From positions 118,482,001 to 118,546,000 of the forward strand of contig OX597818.1 in the NCBI GenBank assembly GCA_951406725.2: a DNA stretch of 64,000 bases, written 5' to 3'. A program made the position numbers and the translations under genes. Below, in pieces: positions 52,323-64,000 of the stretch. Source of the DNA: Octopus vulgaris (lineage: Eukaryota). The notes under the pieces were generated by a model. That model worked only from the letters and a program-made list of their open reading frames with translations. It did no database searches and was not told the DNA's origin. Within the stretch, counting starts at the first letter, position 1. Each line of letters starts with the position of its first letter.

Positions 52323-53582
52323 TACAGAATGAAGTGTCCGATTTTAAACTGAAAGTTTACCTTATTTCAACAAAAGTGTGCAGATAATCAATGTATGCAC
52401 CTAAATTATCAATACAGATTTTCCATTTTATCGGTAGCTCATTTATGCCGGCAGCGAAGAATTCTGGAGAGCAAGAGGTGATGAATTCACGCAAGGCTAT
52501 TTTTGCATCTTGAGATTTGAAGTATTTTTCCCTGGAAAGAGTTGTCAAATAGCTGGAAAACGTGATACTCAGTTGGTGCAAGGCCTAATGAATATAATAG
52601 ATAACATAGTACTTCCAAGTTCGGTTCCTATAACTTGAGTAGCGTTCTTTGTGTAACATGTGGTCGAACATTGTCTTGCGAGAAATGGCTTATCTCTATT
52701 GACCAGCCTCGGTTGTTTAATTGCAGGTTCACTTATCATTTCATCCAATTGGTTGATGCATACATCTGCTGTAATTGTCTACGCAGGTCTCATGAAGCTG
52801 TAGTGGATGACACCTGAGCTGGACCACCAAATATACGCGATTAGCTTTTTTATGTGAATATTCTTTTTTGGATTGTGTTTTCTCAGTTTGTCTCTATCCA
52901 ACCACCGTGCAGAACGCTTGCTATAGTTGAAAAGAGTCCATTTTGCATCACACGTAACGACACGATGCAAAATTGGCGCTCGCTTTTATGCCGTGACAGC
53001 AAAGAAAATCAAGTATAAAGGCGACGTGTCATTTGATGCTCGTCCAGTTCGTGTGGTACCCACTTGTCTAGATTCTTTACCTTGCCGATTTGTTTCAGAT
53101 GGTCTAATACAGGTGGAATCGCAACATCAAAACTTGCTGCTAACGTATGTGCAGTTTGAGATGTATCCGCTTCCACTACAGTTCCCGACTCATGTACCTT
53201 CGTTTCAGGTCCACCACGGGGCTTATTTTCACGAGTAAAGTCACCAGACCCGAACTTCTCAAACCATCAACGTACAATGCGTTCATTTGCCACATCTTCA
53301 CCGAATATGTCATTGATGGATCGAGCTATCTGGGATGCATTTGTTCCACGACGGAACTCATATTCATATACAACAGGAAGATTTGTTCTGTCCATGGGTT
53401 CACAAAAAATGATTTACAAGAGAAAACTCACAATATAATCAAACACCATGAATTGTATTTCGAAAGTGATAATGTACCCCTTCAATACTGTAAATAAAGA
53501 ATTGACAAGATAACATTGGAGGTAACGGCTGTCAAACTTGGTGCATAAGAAAATCTGACATTTCATTCTTAATGAGCTGATA
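52323..53582 (-). mobile_element. Near full-length mariner (DD34D-type) transposon, transposase pseudogenised
   Basis: TIR AGAATGAAGTGTCCGATTTT (52326-52345) / AAAATCTGACATTTCATTCT (53550-53569); minus strand VVTCDAKW, IWWSSSGVIHY, QDNVRPH, YSLGLAPTEYH, FFAAGINELPIKWKICIDNLGAYID. Confidence 0.92.
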
Positions 53583-54494
53583 AAATAATGGATATTTAAT
53601 GAGACGTATGCATTTGAAAATTTATGATATTCAACGTTAAATAATCATATTTTTAACGTCAGCACATTTATCAGTAAAGAGTAACTCTAAACCATTAATA
53701 CATGAAACTATAGATATATTTTTTTTAAGTAGGAGTGACATGTTGTTTGTTAATGTTACACACTCTATCTTCAATAGATAAAACAAATGGAAAGTCTAAG
53801 AAATGGAATGCTTATTTGACAACGTAATTGCATAAGATACGAATTCTGCGAGTAGAATTTTGATAAAGCTGCAATCCCTGTAAGCCTACAAAAATTTGTT
53901 GCGATAACGAACAAGAATGGTTTGTTTGAAATGTCTCACTATCAATTCATTGGAGAAAAGACCTACAATTTATAAAATTTCTGAACAAAAATATTCAGAA
54001 TCCATGCTTATAAGTGTCACTTGATAAACTTCCTGGAATGACTTATCAGTGAAAAAAGCACGAAACACCCTGGGTAGACAAAATATATATAATCGCTCGT
54101 AATAAATACATAAACACTTTAATAGTATTAATACTTTGATACAATAGAGCACTCAATATAAATTCAGTATATAATATTCTCATTGAATATATTTAACTTA
54201 AGATTTATATTTTTGAGCTTACATTTTTATACTGAACTCTAAGCCATTAGGGTAAGAGTGACTTAAAGTGAAATCACACTTTGAATTAAATGTTTAACTT
54301 GTAATGTCAGTAATAATACATGATATAGAGAAATAAATTGATATACATTAAAAGATAAATCGGACGTATAACTTGTAGGTCTCTTTTGGAACTTAAGAAA
54401 ACCTCAATATCGACTGAATGGACAAGAAAAAGCAAGAAAGAACAAACTTAAGTATCGTTTAAAATTGATTAATAATGGATTTATAAAACCAATG

Positions 54495-54830
54495 TTTCTT
54501 TATTAGCCACACAGGGCTGCACACAGACGCGACAGATTACAAAGTAGAGCTTTTCTTTTGGGGGAGAAAAAAAGTGGGGTAGGTTTTCGATCAAAAGGAA
54601 TCGTAAAAGGGAAATAAAAAAAAGAAAAAGAAAAAACGATAAATAGGGATCATGTATCACAATGATGTCATGATGTAAAGTGTAAAGGGGGAAACAGATA
54701 AGGTTTATCCGTGGAAAGAAAAGCCTGCGGAAAAACCACAGTAACCTCGGTCAATAATGTTACATGTTGCCACATTTGTTTGCAAGTAGGTAACCCTCTG
54801 TTTTAAATTTTTCCGGGTTCATAGGATTAG
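54495..54830 (-). mobile_element. 3' UTR of a LINE (possibly L1/Tx1 clade); terminal ~50 nt resemble SINE family A tail
   Basis: Minus strand ends TTGTAATCTGTCGCGTCTGTGTGCAGCCCTGTGTGGCTAATAAAGAAA vs SINE TTGTTTGTCCCCTCTGTGTTTAGCCCCTTGTGGGCAATAAAGAAATA; clade is from recollection only. Confidence 0.55.
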
Positions 54831-55344
54831 TTTTAATGTAACTAAATATCGTACAACTAATGAAACAGGGTAAAATTGAAGGCAATCCTTTTCCGTTTAT
54901 CGACACACGATACAGAAGGGACCAATATGTTCCATACATTAAAAAAAAACTTACCGATACTTTTGCAAAGCGCCAAAATGGAAAAATTTAGTTGATGAAA
55001 GTCTCAGAAGAAACAGAAAACGTGAAGCAAAATATCTTTAAAACATTTCACAAGAGCGCAATTCACGTCAGGTAATTCAAAATCCACCCTGAAGGACAGT
55101 GAAGACAATAGACCTGGAATATGCAGTAACAAAAACAAGTTGAAATGTTTGGGTGCTGGTTCCCATGTAAAATTTAAAAGAGAATACGAACTGTAAAATG
55201 GAGAATCTCATACAACCTGTCTCAATTCCGAAGAGAATTATATTGGCGAAATAAATAATTCCCTTTGTCAAAGCGGAAAATTCCAGGGAAAATATATTTG
55301 ACAAAAGAATAGCGTAAGATGGAGGTGAGCAAATATCTAGATTG

Positions 55345-55495
55345 TGTGATAAACCGTTAGCTTCCCAACCACATGGATTGTTGTTCAGTCTACTTGCATG
55401 GTACGTTGGACATGTGCCTTCTTCAAAAGCATCCCGTCGAACAAAATCCTGGGGCGTAGATTTGGTAGACGGAAACTAAAAGACGACCTCCATAT
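55345..55495 (+). mobile_element. Old SINE family E head/core
   Basis: CTTCCCAACCACATGG...GATTTGGTAGACGGAAACTAAAAGA. Confidence 0.65.
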
Positions 55496-55506
55496 ATAAA
55501 TATATA

Positions 55507-55729
55507 TATTTCTTTACTACCCACAAGGGGCTAAACACAGAGGGGACAAACAAGGTCAGACAAACGGATTAAGTCGATTACATCGACACCAGTGCGTAAC
55601 TGGTACCTAATTTATCGACCCCGAAAGGATGAAAGGCAAAGTCGACCTCGGCGGAATTTGAACACAACGTAACGGCAGACGAAATACCGCTAAGCATTTC
55701 GCCCGGCGCGTTAACGTTTCTGCCAGCTC
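55507..55729 (-). mobile_element. SINE family A single copy, slightly 5'-truncated
   Basis: Near-consensus copy; fused to a 37-bp copy of 56628-56664. Confidence 0.92.
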
Positions 55730-55799
55730 TGTGTTGGAGAGAGGTGAACGTGGATGTCACATAAATATATATGTGTGTGTGTGTGTGTGTATTTATTAT

Positions 55800-56405
55800 T
55801 TTATAATTATTAGATGTGAACTTAAATCTAACAATATTAATAGTGATTATTTTGTTAAATAATTTGGCAATTAAATATTGGAGTATAACTGAGTTAAAGA
55901 TATTCGATAGTTTATTATGTTTTTTAAAGTCAAATTATATCTTCAAAGATAAATACATATTTCTATCTATTCTTTCCCTTAAAAATTAAATATTTAACTT
56001 AATAAATGTGTTGTAGGAATAATCCTAATGTTTTACGTTTCTAATATATTTAATGGAGTTGTTTCTACAAAAAATACATTATTTTATTTATTTTTAAAAT
56101 AAATACTGTTTAACTTTATTTGCTTATTTATTTTACTATTATCATTAACCTGAAGGTTGACTATAATTTTAAATCGAATTTATTTAAATTGAATTTAAAC
56201 TTAATTGTAATTCGAATTTAATTGTAGCAATGAAACATACGTAGCCATGAAACATACCTATTATATATTGATCATTCATTTTTATACTCTTTGTGATCTA
56301 GTTATAAGTTATGTGTTTTATGAAAGTATATATTGTTATTTATGCTTTGGTTTATGTCTATCACTGTTTGAGTTGCATAATAGTGGTTTTATCTCTAATT
56401 TATAT
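55800..56405. repeat. AT-rich dispersed repeat, copy 2 (paralogue of 26720-27145) plus terminal motif
   Basis: Colinear similarity up to ~56240; ends AATAGTGGTTTTATCTCTAAT, also seen at ~8126-8146. Confidence 0.75.
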
Positions 56406-56959
56406 TTTATATATATACATGTGTGTGTATGTATGCATGCATGTATGTATGTATTTGTGAGTATTGATGAGTGGATGGATATGCATTTATAAACTTCCAT
56501 GTATTTATCTACAAGTATTCAAGTTTATTTTCACCTGTACATTTACTGACTTCTGCAGGTAATGTGGCTATACTGAGATACCAACGTTCATCTGTTTAGA
56601 TGATTTATTTCATTTCCCCCACCATCTTCTGTGTTGGAGAGAGGTGAACGTGGATGTCACATAACGTCGGCTTTAGTTATGTGTCTTGCAGTGATCTCAG
56701 ATTATGAGATATCTCATGAAAATTTGTGTAATTGATTTAATTCCACATTTTAACATTCGAAAAATTCAGGGGTTTATTTTTTTGTTGTGGCAAGTTAATG
56801 AAAATCTTTTTGCACTGAATATCTTGACTCAGTATTTTTTCAGTCAACGTTTTTGCTTCTGTTCAAGTGTGTCTGCTGACCGCCGACTTTATCACGAGAA
56901 AGACAGTGGATATGACTCAACCATAGAATCTCTTGCCGATCGCCGGCAATGTTAAAATA

Positions 56960-57175
56960 GTTACAGGTGATATAGCATTAAGAGCAGAAGACAATGAAGA
57001 TCTGCAGGTGTTCACAACATCACGCGAAAAATAAACAGAGAAGACCAAATTAAGTTTCAGTAAAACAAAGACAACTATTGGGATGAACAATACTCTGGAT
57101 CAAAACCGAGTATAATATAGAGGGATATGCAGCAGAAATCCAGTAACTTCAGCTATGGAATAATTTCACGTGTGA
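56960..57175 (+). pseudogene. Decayed LINE reverse-transcriptase fragment
   Basis: TGDIALRAEDNEDLQV...KLSFSKTKT resembles (Y)ADDIAL.A...EDLQ...L.I...KTK of RTE-type RTs. Confidence 0.4.
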
Positions 57176-58939
57176 GTAGTATACACATCATAAACTGTCA
57201 AGTCAGGTATGTGAATTTATTTACTTAAGATATCCCTAAGATGAAGGTGAATATATTTACTTAACAAGATTGGAGAATATATTTACTTAACAAGATATCT
57301 CTCAGATTTCACCATGTAATAAAATATTTTACATGTCTTCAACAATATGCATGATACTCATTACATAGTACTATCGTACATTTACAAATCTGTGCAGATA
57401 ATTGTTACATTATGAACGGTGGAGGAACGGCCGTCACCCTACGGATATTAATTGCTCATAGCTCCTAATATATACTAGCTGAATAGGCAGAAGTTGATTC
57501 ACTGTAGCATTACATTTTGTGTTACATAAATATAATTTATAACTTTAAAAGAAAATATCTCTCTCCATCGTGAAAATCTGGAAACTCATTATTGTAATCA
57601 TGCGTGGGATTTCTACAACGCATTATTAAATTTCTTTTTGGTCAGATTAATAAAGTAAGGACACATTTTTATATTCATAAACATGTGCTTAATGTATTCG
57701 CAAAGTTAGTCACACATACAGCGTGCCCTGTCGTTTGTCATAAATTTCTGATATATGATTTTTTAAAAATAAATGAGAAATATTTTACCTTTCTTTTTAT
57801 TTTTTTACGTCACGACATTCTCACCAATCTTAAATTCTTTTCTCATCACATAAGTTAACAAATCTGGTTAGTTATACAAATTTAATTAATATTAATCTGT
57901 CATCTTCAGACATTTTCTTTGAATGCACCAATAATAACTTATATATTTTTCAACATACGTATCAACTAGATCTTGTCGTTACACTATTTTAATAACTTTA
58001 TCGGCTTTTTTCATTTACGTATGTCATTTTACTGTTTAATTTATAATTTCACGCAATTTTCTATATAACGCTGTGCTTTCAATCAATAGCATTTTTCTCA
58101 TCTCACGATCCAACAAAATTAAATAAATATACTAATTTTTCTAGTGTTAATCTTCCGGTCCCATCTTTACTTTGCAAAAAAAAAAAACTGTATTGTGTTA
58201 TTACTTTTTTAAACTAGTAGTAAAGAATAAACAACATTACATTGCAAAACAGGGCCATTCTTCCAGAGAAATAATTTGCGAAAGGCAGACCTCGTGAAAA
58301 TCCAGAAAGAGTTGAACGAAAAAGTATCGCTTATTCCTAAAGGAGGAATCATATCAAACAATATAGGCACTTTGTTATTCGATGTTAAATGTCAACGAAG
58401 TTGGTGGGTAGCGTTTATTTTCCACCGCTACCTTTAACATCGATGAACTTTATCATCGAATAACAACAGCCATCAGCTCAGTGGATTGTGATATGCTGAT
58501 ATGCGTGTGAGAGGAATTCTCCTATAGCATTGGTGTTTCCGGTGCTGCAGGTTGTGGCCACATTGAACATTTGTAAGACAGGAAATAAAAGTTGGTTGTG
58601 AGTAAATACTTGTGTCTTAGCTGGAGTTTCTTATTGCTTTCCCTTATAAAAATATAGCGTAAGGAATTCGCTTCATTCTTTTTGAATAACCCTGTATATG
58701 CTTTACGCGTTTCATCGCGTTGAGACTGAATCCAAAGCCATAAGGTTGCGAGGCAAGCTTCTGAGCCACAATAGGCGGGAGAGTAACAAAGGAAAAGTGC
58801 TAGATGTGAATGTTTCTAAACATGTGAGTGTGGGGCATGGTAATTTCTTATTTCTTAGAAATTTGCTATACTACATATAAATTTGGAAATAAAATGCTAA
58901 AGACCGCCTTTAGTAATGAAAGATCATAGGATTTCTGCT

Positions 58940-59222
58940 GGAATGTTGCCCTCCAAGGCACAAGTCCGAGCAAGGTAGATTATGGAAGGCCAGTAATCAG
59001 TCATGTATACCAGCCTCCCCTCTCCAGGCCACTGGTGTTGACTAACAGAAAGTCAAAGGACGATATAACTTGGTATCAATGACGTCACATCATATTTCTG
59101 CAACTGAATGAAATGGAACAACGTGAATTAAAATGACTTGCTGCAAAATACAGCAAAATCCCGAACTCACAACTTTACGCTAATTAGGTCGACGCTCTAA
59201 CCACTGAGCCATTCCCATTCAC
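58940..59222 (-). mobile_element. Diverged tRNA/CORE-type SINE
   Basis: Minus strand ATGGCTCAGTGGTTAGAGCGTCGACC...GTGAGTTCGGG...GCAAGTCATTTTAATTCACGTTGTTCCA. Confidence 0.65.
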
Positions 59223-59682
59223 AATATGGGAATAAAATTTATACGTTGTAATTAAATGCCTAAAGTCTGTGAAATATTTGTATTTATAATCGGTTGTATT
59301 TGTCGACTGTCTCAGTTATTAAAATACGAAAATAATTGCTTATTGTTTAATGAGGTATTATGAAGATAGGATAATTCCAATATCTAGTTCTTGGTTTATC
59401 GCATACTACTGAGGCGTAAACTTTATGTAATATTCTAATAATGTCCACAAGTACAGGTCAAATAAGCGCCACTGGTACAAGTGTTGTTTGAAGCAGGAAA
59501 ACTATCATTAATTTCACACTGTTTCTTGTCTTCCATACAGCGACGGTAAGTCACACGTGATGTTTGTGATAATTATTTCTATATCACATCATTGGCGAAA
59601 TATACGCGTGTGAATGAGAGGAGGTGCATTCGTTTATATCTGTGTGTGCGTGCGAGTGTGTGTGTGTGTGTGTGCATATGTA

Positions 59683-59735
<53 letters not shown>

Positions 59736-59907
59736 ATCACATACACACGCACACGTATGAACAAACACACACATACACATATATATATATATATATAGAT
59801 AGATAGATACATACATACATACATACAAACATAAATACACATATCTATGCATATACACACACATACACGCACAGACACAAACATACATACATACACACAC
59901 ATATATG

Positions 59908-60144
59908 TCTCTCTTTTACTCTTTTACTTGTTTCAGTAATTTGACTGTGGCCATGCTGTAACACAGCCTTTAGTCGTTGAAATCAACCCCAGGCGTTATT
60001 CTTTGCAAACCTAGTACTTATTCTATCGGTGTATTTTGGCATACTGCTAAGTTACGGGGACGTAAACACACCAGCATCGGTTGTCAAGCGATGTTGGGGA
60101 GACAAACACAGCACACAAACATATACAAGCACACACACATACAA

Positions 60145-60205
<61 letters not shown>

Positions 60206-60368
60206 ACGAGCTTCTTCCAATTTCCATCGACCAAATCCACTCACAATGCTTTGGTCGGGCTGAGGCTATAGTAGAAGACACCTGCCTAAGATATCATGCA
60301 GTGGAACTGAACCCGGAACCATGTGGTTTGAAAGCAAGTTACTTGCCTCACAGCCACTCCTGCGCCTA
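59908..60368 (-). mobile_element. SINE family E with internal microsatellite
   Basis: Colinear with 8748-9369; microsatellite ~100 bp. Confidence 0.88.
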
Positions 60369-60660
60369 TATGTATAAACGAAAAACACCAGGGTTCAGTG
60401 CGTCAACAAAATACTGCAAGTAAACCACATGGGGTTTTATGAAACTTTTAACATCTCTTTTCGATCTTTAATTTTTTGTTGAATTTATATAGGATACGTG
60501 TTCTATAAATGCTCATAGCACACCTTATATATATATATAAGGGACTTGTATGATTATGTATATAGGGATATATATTATTCAAAGAAATTCCAACTCTGTT
60601 TTTTTTATGTTTTATTTATATTCTTTATAATATTAATGTAGAATACAGAACATATAGTAT

Positions 60661-60714
<54 letters not shown>

Positions 60715-60830
60715 ATAAAATGAAATGAAGTATTGATTGTTTATTGAATAGATAAAATATTGACTATATAATATAAAATATTAAGGGACTAGTATACGTT
60801 CTTGCATTACGGCAGTCTTCAAGGTACCAG

Positions 60831-60869
<39 letters not shown>

Positions 60870-60873
<4 letters not shown>

Positions 60874-61035
60874 CTGGACAAAAGACGAAGGCAGGTGGAA
60901 TACCAACAAACAATTGTATTAGTATGGTGCTCAGGAAATATAAATAAAACAAGTCTTTAACGTTTCGAGCCTACGCTCTTCAACAGAAAGATACACAGAG
61001 AAGAAACACAGAAAGAAGGAGAGAAAAAAATGCGT
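60870..61035 (-). mobile_element. Short TA-flanked repeat (PLE-terminus-like), copy 1, containing hammerhead-like motif 60954-60991
   Basis: Paralogous to 61187-61364; minus strand TCTTT-CTGTTGA-A-GAGC(GTAG)GCTC-GAAA-CG-TT-AAAGA. Confidence 0.7.
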
Positions 61036-61186
61036 GCAGAGGCTAGCGAATCAATATATATTTATATATATAAATATTATCTTTAGGGAATAAAAATTCC
61101 TGTATAACAGAGGTTAAAGTTATTCTTAATGAAGAAATATATTTTAATTTAGAGATAGTAGGCCCCTACATCTCACCATATATATG

Positions 61187-61361
61187 AAACCCGTACTGGT
61201 GGTGTACAAAACAAACAGATGTATTAGTATAACGCTCAGGAATAGAAAAAGTCCTTTACGTTTCGAACCCACGCTCTTCTACAGAAAGGGACAAAGAAAA
61301 ACAAGGAGAGAAACAAGGAGAGAAAAAAAATGTGTGTAGTGGCTAACGATCTATCATGGCG

Positions 61362-61364
<3 letters not shown>
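61187..61364 (-). mobile_element. Short TA-flanked repeat (PLE-terminus-like), copy 2, containing hammerhead-like motif 61251-61292
   Basis: Minus strand GTCCCTTT-CTGTAGA-A-GAGC(GTGG)GTTC-GAAA-CG-TA-AAGGAC. Confidence 0.7.
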
Positions 61365-61401
<37 letters not shown>

Positions 61402-63058
61402 GGATAAATACAGATATTAGCAACACTCCTTACATACATTGAAGCATACATAGCTGATGTGTGCGAGAAGAGGATGAATATGCTATCGAAATATTTACAA
61501 TAGAAAATTCAAAATGAAATAAAGTAAAAATGCCGGAACATAGACATGAAGCACCTGTATATTTTCTTTTTTTACATAACGCTCATCAATACAATACCTG
61601 TAAGTGCGGCAACTATCCTCAAACAGTATATGTTATAATCCACTTCAAAGTTAAACTCGAAGACGTAAAATATAATACAGAAACTCTTACACGGGGTATA
61701 AACTTAGCTATATAAATACCCATGATCTATATTTCACGCATATTGTCTTCTGTTATAGAATAGCATCCACGTAATCTTCACTTTGCCATTTGGTTCCCGA
61801 AATATGCTTTGAATTGTCGGTTAAATTTCGTAAATCGCCCAGTCAACAATATCCTTCATATCCTAAGCGGATCTACAGATTTGTATGCTTTTAAGGACGA
61901 ATTACCACTTGTGGTTACTAATAACCTTTCCCTTTACTCCGAATTGTCTCCAATATTCTGCCAATTGTCAATAGTTCTCCTGCTCCTCTCAAGGTGGAGT
62001 TATTTAAAAGACAACAACATTTTCTTATAACAACGTATCTTTGTTCTACATTTCAATACAGAACACAGACCAAGTCAGTGAAATTTTATCAAAGCAACCA
62101 CATTATATATGTGTGTAGGTGCGATTGTCTTGTGTGTGTCTGAATGCGTATGTACACATGCGTATATTTATGTGTGTTTGTGTGTGTACTCATACATATA
62201 TACCTCCATCTCTGTCTCTGACTGCCTCTTTCTGTCTGTCTCTCTTTCTCTCTCTCTCTCTCTCCCCATATATATATATATATATATATATACACGCATA
62301 CGTATACATATACATAGACAGATAAATGTGACTTTTGTTGCAGTCCAGTTCATCTCTATTAAGATTATGACAACCCATTAATCCATCTTGAAGTTAGACG
62401 CGCCTTGTATCCACTTCATTTGGCGTAAACCGTTAATGACCTTGAGTAAAATATTATAATTACTAGAATACTCTTCAAACTTGATAGAACCTAATAATGC
62501 ATTGATGAAATCTACTTAATTAGGATCCACCAAGCAGAAAATAATAGCTAAATGTTTCTCCCGTTTCTTTTATATCTGAAATCAATAACTGAGACGCTTC
62601 TCCGTATGCTGTGTTGTTGACGCCTTCTCATCCGGTGTTTCATTATTCGTACCATTGAACAAAAACAATATTATATGAAGCACACGCTCTGTACACAGGC
62701 AAATGTTTGATTGCATACAACGCTCGCACATATATGAACATAGACAGATACTTATCGTATCTATTACTGTTCATTACCTTCTTATTAATCGCACACAAAA
62801 TATTCTCGCTAAACATGAAGAAAATGACGTTTTCCATCTCAAAAATTTATCTGCAATTAGACGCTTTAACATTGTTTTACATTTACCACGTATTGTTAAT
62901 GTTTGCTTAGTGGCAGACCAACCGTAGTCGACAGACGTATAGTAAAATGCATTGCTAACATCCTATTTGTGTGTCAGATGGTACATATAATTTCTCCTTA
63001 TATTAATATGACAAGCTGTGAATCGAGGTAAATTTTGATATCATTATCACAGGCTAAG

Positions 63059-63819
63059 AAGGCGGCGAGCTGGAAGAATCGTTAGCACGCCGGGCGAAGT
63101 GCTTAGCGGTATTTTGTCTGCCGTTACGTTGTGAGTTCAAATTCCGTCGAGGTCGACTTTCCCTTTCATCCTTTCGGGGTCGATAAATTAAGTACCAGTT
63201 ACGCACTGGGGACGATGTAATCGACTTAATACCTATGTCTGTCCTTGTTTGCCCCCTCTGTGTTTAGCCCCTTGTGGGTAATAAAGAAATAGGTATTTTG
63301 TCTGCCGTTACGTTCTGAGTTCAAATTCCGCAGAGGTCAACTTTGCTTTTCATCCTTTCGGGGTCGATAAATTAAGTACCAGTTACTCACTGGGGTCGAT
63401 GTAATCCACTTAATCCGTTTGTCTGTCTTTGTTTGTCCTCTGTGTTTAGCCCCTTGCGGTTAGTAAAGATATAGCTGTTTCGTCTGCCGCTACGTTCTGA
63501 GTTCAAATTCCGCAGAGGTCAACTTTGCTTTTCATCCTTTCGGGGTCGATAAATTAAGTACCAGTTACTCACTGGGGTCGATGTAATCCACTTAATCCGT
63601 TTGTCTGTCTTTGTTTGTCCTCTGTGTTTAGCCCCTTGCGGTTAGTAAAGATATAGCTGTTTCGTCTGCCGCTACGTTCTGAGTCAAATTCCGCCGAGGT
63701 AGACTTTACCTTTCATCTTTTCGGGGTCAATAAAATAAGTACCAGTTGGATGCTGATGTCGATGTAATCAACTCATCCCCATCTCCCGCAGGCTGGCCTT
63801 GTGTCAAAAATTTGAAATA
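63059..63819 (+). mobile_element. SINE family A 4-unit chimeric array (three tail-A units, terminal tail-C unit)
   Basis: Units start at 63059, 63292, 63474 and 63656; TSD TTATCACAGGCTAA (63044-63057) / TTATAACAGGCTAA (63821-63834). Confidence 0.93.
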
Positions 63820-64000
63820 GTTATAACAGGCTAATCTCTCAGAACGCAATTATCTCTCCTGTCTGCACAAGTATCTAAGGATGAAATTATGAGAACGCAG
63901 ATAATACAATATGGTCGTTTTTCAATATTCAGTACTGTATTAGTCGTGTTCTATTTAAAATGCAATGTAACGTAAGAATCACAGCTGTCATTTTCTTATG

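Noticed and set aside
61152-61175. Hairpin GAGATAGTAGG-CC-CCTAC-ATCTC
   Set aside because: Single short bulged hairpin with no supporting context

Overview
AT-rich, microsatellite-laden eukaryotic DNA. The repeat content (several tRNA-derived SINE families, Penelope-like, RTE, Tc1/mariner and Helitron remnants) is characteristic of a coleoid cephalopod, most likely Octopus; this is inferred from recalled repeat patterns, not from a database search. I see no intact protein-coding gene. Almost all listed ORFs are translated (TA)n/(CA)n microsatellites, SINE sequence or decayed transposon ORFs, so the window is intergenic or deep intronic. Recognisable coding relics: three Penelope-type GIY-YIG endonuclease fragments, a Helitron PIF1-like helicase pseudogene, Tc1 and mariner transposase pseudogenes, and RTE-like LINE relics. 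Two signals stand out. (1) One SINE repeatedly occurs as 'one head + n bodies' arrays that restart at the same nucleotide in the loop of an extended hairpin. The arrays can mix subfamilies and tails inside one target-site duplication, suggesting iterative RT template jumping or a pseudo-circular RNA template, and a candidate partner-LINE 3' end is present in the window. (2) Several minimal type I hammerhead-ribozyme motifs sit in Penelope-derived termini, including one with an intact core and a two-copy family sharing a non-canonical CUGUNGA core. All alignments and folds were done by eye; coordinates of decayed elements are approximate.
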